Below, in pieces: positions 37,950 through 51,125 of a stretch of DNA of 64,000 bases. Both the position numbers and the translations under genes were made by a program. How positions within the stretch are numbered: the stretch's first letter is position 1; every line of letters begins with the position of its first letter. The notes below the pieces were generated by a model. That model was given only the letters and a program-made list of their open reading frames with translations. It ran no database searches and was not told where the DNA came from. The stretch comes from Octopus sinensis (Eukaryota), in NCBI RefSeq assembly GCF_006345805.1, contig NC_043000.1:63364001-63428000 (forward strand), written 5' to 3'.

Positions 37950-39653
37950 CCACAGAAATCTCTATAACCAAGTGGAAAACGAAAAAGTATACATGCTCGT
38001 CACTGAAAATGTCACAAAGAAATAAAGAAATCGAAAGGAAAAGTTAGAAAAAAAAAAGATAAATTATTGCTCAGTTACCGGCTGTAATAAACATACTTCG
38101 AGCCAGCAATACACCTACTAGAAATAGCAGTCGAATATCCTTCAAATCACATCTTACTATCTTGGAAAAAAGACACAATGGATAGTATAGTGGTAGATAT
38201 AAATCTAAAAAGCGAGGATGATCATGGTCGGAATACTTCTAATTAGAAGTTCGCTAGGTTAGAGCTGACTTGGGGATAAACAAGAACATGCTTCATTTGA
38301 TTGTGTTTGATTGAATATTGCAGAGAGGAAACCTTTCTTTTAAATTCATCAAAATCATTTGCAGTGGAATTTCCAAAAAAGAGTATGACTAATTTGGTAG
38401 TGTTCGTTACAAAATTTTACAAACACGAAAATGTAATAAGAGGTTAAAGAAAACAGGAGTATTTAGTAAATGAAATACAATTTTTTAAAAATAATAATAA
38501 ATCTGAAGCTAATATAAAATAGTTCATTTAAACGATAATGATAAGGGACATAAAAATATATTTCTGGCAAATATGTGTAGATTTTATTCACGTTATATCA
38601 CCTATACCATGCTAGATAGACCATGAACATGGTAGTTTCTCAGGAACACAAGGTTTAGGTATATGTAGATATCAGATATAGATGAAGGCGCGAATACAAG
38701 TGCCCTAGGGTCGAAGTGGTGGGAGTGAACTCGTAGTTAAATGAACCAAGGAGTTATTTTTATTCATTAATATATGCAGACATGAGAAAGACAACAACCA
38801 TACTGATGAGCATCACAGCAGAATTTAAACGGAGTGAGAGAGAGATAAAGAGAGGAGCTATCACCACATCAGGTTATAAGACGGATTCTAAGTTCTACTC
38901 GGAGAAAGATATACTCATTCTCAATTTATCAGTCGAAAAATGAAACACATGGATAAACAGATGTAACACATGTGAAGGAGGAAAAATACTAAACGGAATT
39001 AAGAAAAGACCAATTGTAAAAACAATGTACTATTTGTCAAAATAACATAAAAACATTAACAAACATAGAACATCATGATGGGGATGATGATGATGATGAT
39101 GAGATTGTAGTGGTAGTAGTAGTTAAAGTAAAACAAGCTTGGTTTTAGCGATGCAAAGTGAAAGAATGGGAACCCAATCCCGAGATCTTGAACAAAAAGA
39201 GAAACTAAACTAGGTACCCTGTTAGACTGATTCAAGGGATAGGGCTCGGTTAATAGAAAAATAATGGTTAAAAATAATAACAATGACTGTGACATAGTTG
39301 GCAGACGATACATTAAATAGGGATGGTGAAAACAGCGAACAAGCGAACGGAATTCGAAATTGAAATAATTTATTTCCATACGTGGTTAATAGTGGATTGT
39401 TATGATATAAACAGCTCTAAAGTTGTGGCAAGAGGTTAAGGTTAAAGCCAACAGGATAATTTAGAAAACAGTTAGAAATGTCAGATCAAAATGTCAAGAG
39501 TGAACAGAAACGAAAATATTTAGAGAAAGAGAGAAACTATAAAAGAAATTATTATTATTATTATTATTATTATCATTATTAGAGATAAAAATAAAATGAG
39601 AAGGATTAGAGAAGAAAAGAAAAACGAGAGAAAAATGATGGAAAGTGAGTTAC

Positions 39654-40200
39654 CTTTATGGAAAAAAAAAGTGGTCCTTGTATTAGTACTAACAAGGATA
39701 TCAAGCAATTCCGTAGGGGGGGTTTTGTCCGGTTGATGTTTTAGCTCCACTGACTAGCAAAGTGCCGCTGGACAGTTTTCTTTCACAAGGCCGTCCACAA
39801 AGTACGGAATAGAGAAGCGCAACATACACATAGAATGAACGACTTGTCCTGTTAGTGGGTGGGGAGAGAGAGAGAGTGATAGAGAGAGAAAGACAGAAAG
39901 TGATTGATAGAGATAGAGCGAGAGAGATATATGAGCGGCGGACTGGAAGCGAGTGGGAGGCCAAAAGTGAAAGCTAATGACAGCAGCAGCAGCAGCAGCA
40001 GAGGCAACAGCAACAGCAGCAACAACAGCAGGAGAGGCTTCGTTCACCTTCACTTTGTATTGCTAGTAACTCCGTTAGAATGACTTCCGCCCTCCAAAGG
40101 ACGGACATGCGTACTCGCGACTGTCGGCGGTCACTGCCAGTACACACATGACAGTTTCGAATCGCGTAGTTATCGCTATGATATAAATTCTTACCAAAAG
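39654..40200 (-). promoter_or_regulatory. CpG-rich promoter and probable first (5'-UTR) exon of a minus-strand gene
   Basis: Local CpG enrichment; ETS-like GGCGGAAGTC (40082-40091); TCGCGA (40115-40120); (CAG)n and (AG)n tracts; donor 'AAAG|gtaact' at 39653. Confidence 0.55.
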
Positions 40201-40778
40201 TATAGCTTTCTGACTATATATATTATTACAGTATACATATTATATATTTGTTGTGTCTTATCTTACTCTTAATTACGTAAGTTCTTCATGAGAATATATA
40301 GATTCTCTGCAGAATGCCTTAATATGAATTCCATTTCAGAACGAGTTGGTGTTTTTGCAGTTTTACAATTTTTTTAATTGATTTTTTTTTTCTTCTGAAT
40401 TCATTTCAATATTGCTTTAATGATTATATAACATTACGAATGTCGAGAAACGCTCTATGAATTCCGATTTTGATCACTAAAAACAAAGAAATTTAAACCA
40501 AACTGAAGTCGATCGTTAGTAAACAAATGGAATTTTCAAAGTTAAACGAGGTAGAATTTTCATAGGATTTTTCCCGTGAAGCTTCTAATATTTAATCAGA
40601 TATTGATTTTATGTTAACACTGCTAGCTGGATGAAATACAGCAACTTTTGTAACAGGAAAGTACGGTATGACATTTTCTTTTTAAATGTGAATATCTATA
40701 GGTTCCATACTCAGTGAATAAAATAAACTTGAGAAATGATATGATCACTCTCTATTCTAGCATATGTAAGTGTACTAA

Positions 40779-40837
<59 letters not shown>

Positions 40838-41741
40838 TGCTTGCATTTAAATTGAATAATATAGCAGAAACCAAAATAAACCGTGAGGTGTATATATTTT
40901 AGAGTTCTGAAAAACGGTAGAGACTATTTTTTACAAAGGTATTTTTCTTTAATGGCCAGTGAGATAAGTTAGACGGAATAGCCACGTTTCAGGTATTTAG
41001 AAAATAATTACCTAATCATAAAATCAAAACTAAACAAGAGTTTTAATTATAGTGGGACTTAACGCTGATAAATAATGAAAACTGTTTCATAGCTATTAAA
41101 TCATGAGTCGCATATCCTGATGCTAAATTATCCAAGTTTATAATCTTGTTTGTTAAATACTGAGATAATTGACAAATTTGTAATTTTTACAAATGGTGAG
41201 AATGTTTAATGTAAAATAATCATTATTGTGTCAGTGAAGATGAAAGAATGAGTGAGTGGTCACTTGAATTAGGTATGGTTTTTCTTTTACCAGAATATAC
41301 TCTGGAGTTCTTCCCAAATAGATTTGGATGGGGCAAAATTTATGATGGATGGTGATCTCTTCAGTTGCAGTTTTACTATTTATAGCTAGCTGTAAAGCTT
41401 AATTGCAATACTACCACCAAGTGACCTTGCTGCTTTAAAGGTATGGAATCATCTTTGAAAGATGATGTTTATCTCATAATGTGAACCGAGGATAAAAATT
41501 TCTGTAACTTACAAATTGCATATAAACTCAATGAGATCATTTGAAATCTTGGTTGTTTTTTTATAGGAAATAACTTAATTTTTTATCAAAGAATGATGGT
41601 ACTTTTCCATTAGTTAGTGTTGTGATTGATGATATTTAACTAGCAAGAACAACAATTTCTAGAGAACATTATTTTTAAAACATTTACTTACCAAACTAAT
41701 TATTTTTAGATTTTTCTAAAATCGTATTTTTGGATCATTAA

Positions 41742-41949
41742 CCCTTTAGCATTTACACCAGCCATATTCTGCCCATTTTGTGTTGGGACTAGCCATATTC
41801 AGCCTCTCATATCTATCTTATAATGTCATTGTAAAAAATAAACAATCACACCATTGAAATCTCAACACAAAAAGATAATGCATGTGTAATTCAAAACAAT
41901 GCAAATAAGAAAGCATTGCATTAGACAGAATAATCTGAATGTTAAAGGG
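41742..41949. mobile_element. piggyBac-type MITE
   Basis: TTAA-CCCTTTAGCATT ... AATGTTAAAGGG-TTAA. Confidence 0.8.
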
Positions 41950-41989
41950 TTAATACAAAAAAGAAAACTTTTGGTAAAAGCACATACAT

Positions 41990-42460
41990 TAACTAGAGCT
42001 GTATCCCCAAAACTGGCTCTTGCTTCAGATCCAGAAAATATCTAACCTTCAACAGAGGCTGACACTCTACAAAGCTCAAATAAGACCTGCAGCAGTGTAC
42101 TGCTCCCATATCTTGGACAGTGCTGGTACCACATACACGCACACATATATCCTGGACTGCATCCAGAGAAGGGCCAGTCAACTAATTGGAATTAAATCCT
42201 CAAACGACTTGCTGCTTCCTTTGGTCTAGGTCCCTCTGTCTTTTCTGTCTATAATGGCCTCAGTGCCTTAAAACAAGCTGGTTTTGTACCCCCATCATTT
42301 AACCCCATGACCTACTCATCTTTCCACCTCTTGTCACTCTTGGTGCATCTGACCATCTTAAGTCTTCGTTGTCATTGTGCCCAGTCCTCTCTTATCAGAA
42401 CATCAGCCTTCTGGAATTTCCCTTTTCATGCTTCTCCTCTAGGAGTTGACTTGCAGACAG
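41990..42460 (+). mobile_element. CR1/L2-group LINE 3' fragment
   Basis: LYKAQIRP..YCSHI..LDCIQRRA and SSLIRTSAFWN remnants. Confidence 0.65.
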
Positions 42461-42614
42461 ATTTGGTTACTATTTCTAGCAGGATAAGAAACGATATAGG
42501 GGCTAATTTAGCATATTTAAGGTTATGACAACTTAGTATTTCTCATTTACACAATCATTGTTCTTTTTCCTTTCTCCACACTCAACAATATGTATACACA
42601 CACACACATATATA

Positions 42615-42999
42615 TATATATATCTATATATATATGGAAGCACTCCGTCGGTTTCGACGACGAGGGTTCCGGTTGATCCGAATCAACAGAACAGCCTGCT
42701 CGTGAAATTAACATGTAAGTGGCTGAGCACTCCACAGACACGTGTACCCTTAACGTAGTTCTCAGGGATATTCAGCGTGACACAGAGAGTGACAAGGCCG
42801 GCCCTTTGAAATACAGGTACAACAGAAACAGGAAGTAAGAGTGAGAGAAAGTAGTGGTGAAAGAGTACAGCAGGGATCACCACCATCCCCTGCTGGAGCC
42901 TCATGGAGCTTTAGGTGTTTTCGCTCAATAAATACTCACAACGCCCGGTCTGGGAATCGAAACCGCGAGTCCGCTGCCCTAACCACTGGGCCATTGCAC

Positions 43000-43003
<4 letters not shown>
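42615..43003 (-). mobile_element. Relatively young tRNA-derived SINE (second family)
   Basis: Minus-strand head 'gaggtgcaatggcccagtggttagggcagcggactcgcggtttcgattccc' with A/B-box-like motifs; CpGs retained. Confidence 0.75.
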
Positions 43004-43039
<36 letters not shown>

Positions 43040-43589
43040 CACCACTATAAAATGGTCAAAACCTTTCACACAGGAACTTAGTTTGATTTGAAAACCCCAC
43101 TAGAATAGGAGAAAGCGCTAATAGATGATCTAAGTTATATGATGTATAAAAAATCTAATATACAAATAAATATCTGTAAATATAAACCATCCGATTTTCT
43201 GAGTACCTCATTTCTTCTAATATAAAATACCTGTACATCATCTCCAAACCTTCCATGTATATATATATATACATATATACATATGTATGTGTTGATAGAT
43301 GGGAACTGCAAGAAACCTGTATGTATTTGCATTTGAGTGTATTTTTGTTCTGACAATATGGTTGTAAACAAGCATCACCATCACACAAGTGAATGTTGTG
43401 TGTTTTCAGTCTTCTTCCATGAAAAACACTTGGGGACATGGAGAAATATTATCTTGCTTGGAAACAGGTGAGTGTTGGTGATAAGAAGAGCATTTGGCCA
43501 TTAAGAATCTACCTCAAAAAATTTCATCTGACCCATGCAAGCATGGAAAAGTAGTAGGTGGATGTTAAATGACAATGATGATATATTTT

Positions 43590-44360
43590 TCATCTTTTAC
43601 TTGTTTCACTCATTAGATTGTAACCATGCTAGGGCACCTCCTTGAAGAATTTTTAATCAAATGAATTGACCCCAACACTTTTACTTTTTTTTAAGTCTGG
43701 CACTTATTTTATTGGTCTCTTTGCCGAAACACTAAGTTATAAGGATGTAAACACACTAACACTGGTTGTCAAGCGGTGGTGGGGAACAAAGACACACATT
43801 TTATTCTTTTTTTTTATTTGTTTCAGTCATGTGACTGCAGCCATGCTGGAGTACAGCCTTTAGTCAAACAAATCATCCCCAAAACTTATTCTTTGTAAGC
43901 CTAGAATTCATTCTATCGGTCTCTTTTGCCAAACCACTAAGTTACAGGGACATAAACACACCAGCATTGGTTATCAAGTGATGGTTGGGGGACAAACACT
44001 GATACACCAACATACACACATAAATATATACATATATATACGACAGGTTTCTTTCAGTTTCCGTCTACCAAATCCACTCACAAGGCTTTGGTTAGCCCGA
44101 GACTATAGTAGAAGACACTTGCCTAAGGTGCCACACAGTGGGACTGAACCCAGAACCATGTGGTTGGTAAGCAAGCTACTTACCACACAGCCATGCCTGT
44201 GCCTATATATTCACGCACAAGCTTCTTTCAGTTTCTGTCTACCAAATCCACTCACAAGGCTTTGGTCAGCCAGAGGCATATAGAAGACACTTGCCCAAGG
44301 TGCCATGCAGTGGGACTAAACCCAGAAACATGTGGTTGGGAAGCAAGCATACCACACACC
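43590..44360 (-). mobile_element. Cluster of nested Octopus-type SINE copies
   Basis: Repeated 'ttctttcagtttccgtctaccaaatccactcacaaggctttgg' bodies. Confidence 0.75.
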
Positions 44361-45600
44361 CACAGCTGCACCTATTTGAGTGCATATTTAAAGCCTGATG
44401 TATATCAGAAAACAATAGATTGCAACCTGCTGCATACTACCAAACAATTTCTATATACAATATTTCTGTTAGTAGAAGGTACAATAGTTCTGTTAGTAGA
44501 AGGTATCCAGAAGAGATAGTGACACAAGAAGAAGTAATGAAATGAAATATCAGTTATGTTGAGCAACAGAGGCACTTGATGAAACAGAATCAAGAAGTGG
44601 TGATACGGTATACAGTAAGCCCATCTGTCCAAAGCCAGCATGGTAAAATGGATATTAAAATGACAATGGTAGTGACTTCCTGCTGAGAGAGATCTTGAAT
44701 AATCTCATTGCTATAAAGCACCAAACTTCACATAAAATTTTCATACACAAATGAAGGAGCTTTTACATGGTCACTCAACATGCATCAAAAATGCCTCAAA
44801 ATTTTTATCAAATCACATAAAAGGAGACACTTTAGTTGATGTAGTCATGGATACAAAAATTATTAAAAATATGAAAGGCAGGCTGGTCATGACTGGAATG
44901 TGTTTGATCATACGTCTACAGCTCTATCAACATTGGCTTGGTAGTGGCCAAGCATCATTAATTTTTAATTAAAGAGATTTCAGTTTTAAAAACTAATTTT
45001 TAAAACAACACTTCATCAGTCCTCCATTACTGCATCATGCAGTGAAATAAGAGATTTTACTGCCTTGTACAAATGCACAGTTTCAAGGATGAGATTCAAA
45101 TTAAAGGATTATCAATCAGGAAATAAACACTACATAAGATAGTAAGTGAGATGACTGGGTATTACTTGAGGGAGATTTGACTGCTATTTCAGTAAGCATA
45201 ACTGTACCCAGATGAATACTCCTTCTTTATTTTAATTATTGCTATTTTTGATTCTTTACTTTCTAGGAAAGGAAAATCATCTCACTCATATACTACTTCT
45301 TAATTTGAAAAGTAATTCCTTTCCTTAGATATAAAAAAAAAGATGAAAAGCAAACAAAAAATATTTAAATAAGATAAAAATTATCAAAATTTAGGAGTTC
45401 CTATTTCTCCTATTGCTAGCTCAAGTCTTTACTTCCCACTTATGAAACAGGAAGCCCATTTACTTCCAATTGAGAAAATTTAGAACTATATTATACACAA
45501 TAAGGCTACATATGTTTTGTGCTTATAATTCATACTAAAAGTATGTTGGCTGTTTTTATCAGGTTTGAAGTATGTCTGAATACCTTTGTAACCATAAATA

Positions 45601-46878
45601 TCAGGCTGAGTAAAAAGTAAGCAACGTTTTGAAACATGAAATTCATCACAATATATTTCAACAATGCAGAAATTTTATTCATCAAAGTAAGTATCATTAC
45701 AATCAACACATTTCTGCCGAGTTATAAGTTTGTTTATTCCAGTAAATCTGGAGTTCTGGAGCTGATGAACTCTTTGAAAACACTTTCAGCATCAATTTGA
45801 TTTTTGAACTCCTTCTCTCACAGGAAACCATCAAGATGCTTGAAAAAGTGGTAGTTAGTAGGAGAAAGATCTGAGAATAAGCTGGGTGGGGAAGAACATC
45901 ATAGCCAAGTTCTCTCAACTTCTGGAGTGTCATTAGGGAAATGTGTGATTGAGCATTGTCATGAAGAATGATTGGCCCTCTTCTGTTGACCAGTCTGGGA
46001 CTTAGGAGTAGCAGTGTTTTGTTCATTTTGGCAATATGTTTCTGTAGTAATGGTTTTTCTGGGTTCTAAGAAGTTATAGTGGATGAGTCCAGCAGTACGC
46101 CACCAGTCACCATAACCTTTTGTTTTTTGAAGAGCTCAGGTTTAGGGAAGGTTTCCAGTGCTTCACTTTGGTCCAATCACTGCAAAGAATATTTTTTATT
46201 ATTGTACAGAATCCGCTTTTCATCACAAGTTACAATACAGTCAAGAAATGATTCAGTCTGGTTACAGAGAAGAAGTGACAAGCATATTTCATATCTGTGC
46301 ATTTTCTGATTTTCATTCAAATCGTGTGGTACCCAATTGTCGAGTTTTTTTATTTTCCGATCACATACAAATGGTTGCAGGTAGTTTTCTGGCTAACTTG
46401 AAGTTCTTTTGCCAGCTCTCAAGTGGTTTTACATGGATCTTTCTCAATGACAGTCTTTAATTAACCATCATCGATGACAGTTGGGTGTCTACTATGCTCA
46501 CGATCTATGACAGATGAGCGTCCACAACACTCAGGTCTCCACTGCGAAATTGTTTAAACCCTTTTCGAGCTGACCACTCACTGGTCATTTCTGCACCAGA
46601 CATTGTGTTGATATTGCCAGCAGTTTCAGCTGCTTTATGTCCTTTTTTTGAAGTTGAATAGCAAAATTGCTCAAATATCATACTTTGACAGTTCCATTTC
46701 AGATGATTGTAACAACAGTGAAAAAAATATCAATGTTAATTTATTGATACAGTTGAGCAAGTCTATGTCTGTATTATCAGACAATTGCAAAAAGAATATT
46801 TTAAAAAATTAAAAACTGCAAAAATCTGGTACAAATTCTTCATAGTTCAAAACATTGCTTACTTTTTACTCAACCTGA
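45601..46878 (-). mobile_element. Full-length (1278 bp) decayed mariner, Hsmar1/cecropia-like
   Basis: TIRs TCAGGCTGAGTAAAAAGTAAGCAACGTTTTGAA and TTCAAAACATTGCTTACTTTTTACTCAACCTGA with TA on both sides; N-terminus MELSK...KAAETAGNIN; ILHDNAQSH...LPHPAYS. Confidence 0.9.
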
Positions 46879-47479
46879 TAATATATATTTAGGTTTGGCA
46901 ATACAGAGTGTATCTTCTTGTTTGCTAGAGCTGGAGAAAATATTAACTGCTATGATCATGAGGTAAATAAACTAATTGTAATCATCATCATCTGTTTTGC
47001 ATTCACTTTTCTATGCTGTAAAGATCAGATGGTTTTTGAGGCAGTGTTTTATGACCAGATGCCCTTTCTCAGGCCAGCCCTTTTAGTCACCACTTATAAA
47101 ACACAGTGATATGATTTACCTATTCTACAATACAGGGATTAGAAAATTTTATAATAACTAGTAATAATTGAAATAAGGAAGCACAACTTATCAGTGTACA
47201 ACTATGCTTTTTTGATCACTTAACTAGCTGAAAAAAGTAGTCAAAATCTCCTTCAAACTATACCCCACCATAACTACCATCTTAAGAAAGGAAGGCAACA
47301 TTGAACAATGTATTCTTAGATATATACAAAAAAGCATATTCTAATAAAAGTTACAAAATTCCTTATGCAAATGTTGAAGATCAGCAATTGGTTGCAGTCA
47401 TCTTCTATTATTAATGTTATGGACTGTCAATGCCATTGTTGTTCTTTAGTTCTAAGTCAAAGCTTGCTCAGAGCTAAAC

Positions 47480-48030
47480 AGCAATGACAAAAACAACATT
47501 ATTGACAATCAAAGGCAGTCCTCATCTTGAAAAAGACTGTCAAATAGTCCTTTCTTTTTCAAGATGGTGGGATGTGATTTCAGGAAGATTTGGTTGTAAT
47601 TTCTTGCATCTGAGAGACTACATAGATACTTCCTCCACAACCAACAACAAAAATCCCCAAAAGTCTTTATTGATATTACTCAGTCAAAGACATAGATTCT
47701 TATTGCAGAGATACAGAGTAAGATATAGGCACCAGAAACGAGATGCTACCACAACATCTTAAGCATCTTGTACTTGAACCACATCCCAAATCTGTAGATT
47801 TTCAAAACCATCCAGCATTGCATTGGCTCCTGTGAATACCTTCTCACAATGATGAAACACAGAAAACTGAGATGGTATAACCATGTAGTATAAGCCAGTG
47901 CAACAACCATTCTCTAAGGAACTACGGAGAGGTAGACAGACCAAAAATATTGACAGACAATATTGAGAAATGAGCAAGCAAATTGTTAGTGAAGACACAA
48001 ACTCTGGCACACAACCACTACAGATGGAGG
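47480..48030 (+). mobile_element. Decayed RTE (BovB-like) LINE 3' fragment
   Basis: Remnants resembling RKLRWYxHV, TILxG and DNIxxW. Confidence 0.6.
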
Positions 48031-48309
48031 AGAGTAATGTCAGTATTTCACTCTATTAGAAGTTGAATGTCCAAGCCAAACCAATCATAGAATCATTTTA
48101 ACCCTTCAACTGTATAATTCAGTTTCATGGCTATTCCCATAATGATGTTAATTATCAACCAAAACATAAAATTGATATTAACTGAAAGTCACCTTATCTC
48201 ATAATGAACTTGACATACTTCAACAAAAGATATTTTCAAACATGACAATCCTCAACAAAAGCGGATTTGAATATAAAACTGCTTTACACATTAAAGTGTA
48301 ATGAAATTT

Positions 48310-48700
48310 TTAGTATCTTTTATCTTTTATCTTGTTTCAGTCATTAGACACCATACAGGAGGACTGCCTTGGGAGAATTCTTTTAGTCAAACCAATCAGC
48401 TCCAGTACTTATTTTTTAAGCCTGGTACTTATTCTATCAGTCTCTTTGCTGAAATGCTTAGTTATGGGGACGTAAACACACAGCACTGGTTGGCAAGAAG
48501 TAGTGGGAGACAAACACACACACAAAGATACATACACATAGATATATATACAACAGGCTTCTTTCAGTTTCCATCAACCAAATCCACTCACATGCCTTTG
48601 GTTAGGCCAAGAAAAAACAGTTGCCTAAGGTACCATACAATGGGACTGAATCCAGAACCATATGGTTAAGAAGCAAACTTCTTATCACACAGCCACACCA
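48310..48700 (-). mobile_element. Octopus-type SINE
   Basis: Reverse complement of the 10.2-kb SINE. Confidence 0.7.
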
Positions 48701-50508
48701 AATACATCTGATTTCCATGTTAAAGAGTTAATAGCCATCTACTAATGTATTCTTAAGTTTCTAAAATATCAAAGCAGTCTTCAGATGGTAATGCATCAAA
48801 TGTACATGCATTGCCATGCCTTATTTTTTACTTCTTAGTTCTGAAATTAGTTTTTGTCAGTTCATATATTTTCTTATTCCTCTTCAAGATGTTATTTTTC
48901 CTAAGAGAAAAACTTTGTAAATCACAAGCTAAAAAGAACCATTATAAAGGGTTCTCCTTCTGCTTGAAGAAGAGACCAAATCTCTCTCTTTACATCCTAT
49001 CATCTTGACATGCAAAGCTTAAGGAAAAGATAGGACAGCTATGGCTCAAAACACTGAGAACTGATCTACAGCAAAGGAACAAGAACAATGATTGTGTAAA
49101 TGAGAAATACGAACTGTTGTCATAACCTTAAATATGCTAAATTAGCCCCTATATGGTTTCTTAATCTTCTAGAAATAGTAACCAAATCTGTCTGAAATCA
49201 CTCCCAGCAGTCTTATATTAGGTAATATAGTCCTACATACATACTCCTAAAAAAGGAGAGGGCTGTCATGATTGTAATGCCTTTGTTAACAGTTTTCTCC
49301 ATCAGAGTTGATTATAATAACATTATGCTAAGTATTCTCATATGCACAATAGATTCTAGTCTTTTGTTTTGTCATTTAAATCTGGGAATTTTATACTTTA
49401 CACCATTAATGATTTAAGATTTAAACAGCTTTCAAATATACAAGGAATAATAAAGCCATCATTCACAACCAACGATGCACCATGCATTAGAAACCTAGGT
49501 AGTCAGGGGTAGATATAGACATCTTTTCAGCACCCCTCCTCCACTCACCTTTGACCCAGCAGCATATCCAGTATGTGAGAGCTGGAGTGAAAGAGAGCTG
49601 CACCAATACCTAGCCAGTACACATTTATATACTGAAGTAATATGAAATGTTGCCTTTTCTGATCAAGGAATTGAACCCAGGACATCATAACCATGAGCTG
49701 AATCAAACACCCCTAACCACTAGGCCAGGTTTTTTTCAGTTTCCATCCACCAAATTCATTCACAAGTCTTTGATCAGCCAAGGGCTTTAGTAGAAGGCAT
49801 TTGCCCAATGTACTTATGCAATAAGATTGAACTCAAGATCTCATGGTTGAGAAGCAAGTCTCTTATCACAGCACTCATCGAAAAAAAAAAACTACAAGCA
49901 CATCTAGAAATGTTAGAAACAAACTAATTTTAGTGAGCAAAATGGCAAAACCAAGTAAACTTACAAGTCAAACCAAATTAACACAACTAAAAATTTTATA
50001 AGCTGTGGCTATCACATACTTCATACACATGCTACATGATATGAAATACTGACACCAATCTACTTAAATCTATGTAAATGAACCAATGAAGGAGTTTATG
50101 CAGATTATTTGATCTGCTAGAAACTGTAATCAAATTTCCCTTTGACTACACTCTAATAATTTAAAAAATGGTAGTAGTGGTTGCAGCGGCAGTAGAGGTG
50201 GTGATGGTTGTGGAGGTGGCAGTAGCAGAGGTATTGGTGGGGATGATGGTAATGGCAGCAACAGTAGCAGCAGCAATAGTGGTAGTAACAGTATTTTTGA
50301 AAAAAAAAAGTTTGGAACAGTGTGAAGTATATCCAGCAAACATACATATTCCAAATATGGTTTCAAAAGCCAAAACTCAATGATCTCATCCCTACATCAA
50401 ATAAACCACATAAAAATGAGTTTCAACAAATACTTAGTAACAAACCAATAACAGAGCCTCTGTAGGGTTACTCAATATCGCTCAAACTACACCTTACCAT
50501 TTTACTTG

Positions 50509-50726
50509 TTAACCTTTTAGCATTCAGATTATTCTGTCAAATTTAATTCACACTGTTTTAAATTAATCATGCATTATCTTGTAGCTTCAAGATTTCAATG
50601 ATGTGAGTGTATATTTTTGAAATTAAATTGTAGAATAGAAGTTGGAGGCTGGATCTGTCCAATTATATCATAAAACAGGTAGAAAATTTGGGCTGGATAC
50701 GACCAGTTTAAAAGCTAAATGATTAA
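50509..50726. mobile_element. piggyBac-type MITE
   Basis: TTAA-bounded 'ccttttagcattcagatt...'; same family as the 41.7-kb copy, opposite orientation. Confidence 0.65.
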
Positions 50727-50759
50727 TGTGGTCAAAGTTACATTATGTTTTTTTTTCTT

Positions 50760-51125
50760 TTATCGTTTACTTGTTTCAGTCATTGAACTACAGCCATGCT
50801 GGGGCATCGTTTTGAAGGGATTTACATGAGCAAATTGACCCCAGTGCATATTTTATGAATTTTGAACTTATACTATCAGTCATTTTTGCTGAACCACTAA
50901 GTTACAGGGATGTAAACAAACCAGCACTGGTTGCTAAGCAGTGAGGAGACACACACACTTGTATATATACAATGGGCTTCTTGACAATTTATGTCTACCA
51001 AATTTACTCACAAGGCATAGCTCAACCGAGAGCTATAATAGGAGACATTTTCTCAAGGTACCATGCTGTGGGTCTGAATCCAAAACTCTGTAGCTGTAAA
51101 GTGAACTTCTTAACCACACAGCCAT
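50760..51125 (-). mobile_element. Octopus-type SINE
   Basis: Same family as 48.3 kb. Confidence 0.7.

Noticed and set aside
38795-38835. CTGATGAGC...GCAGAA as a hammerhead
   Set aside because: GAAA core is imperfect and there are no flanking stems.
40620-41380. In-frame TGA codons as selenocysteine
   Set aside because: No selenoprotein motif (CxxU/UxxC) or SECIS-like hairpin recognised.
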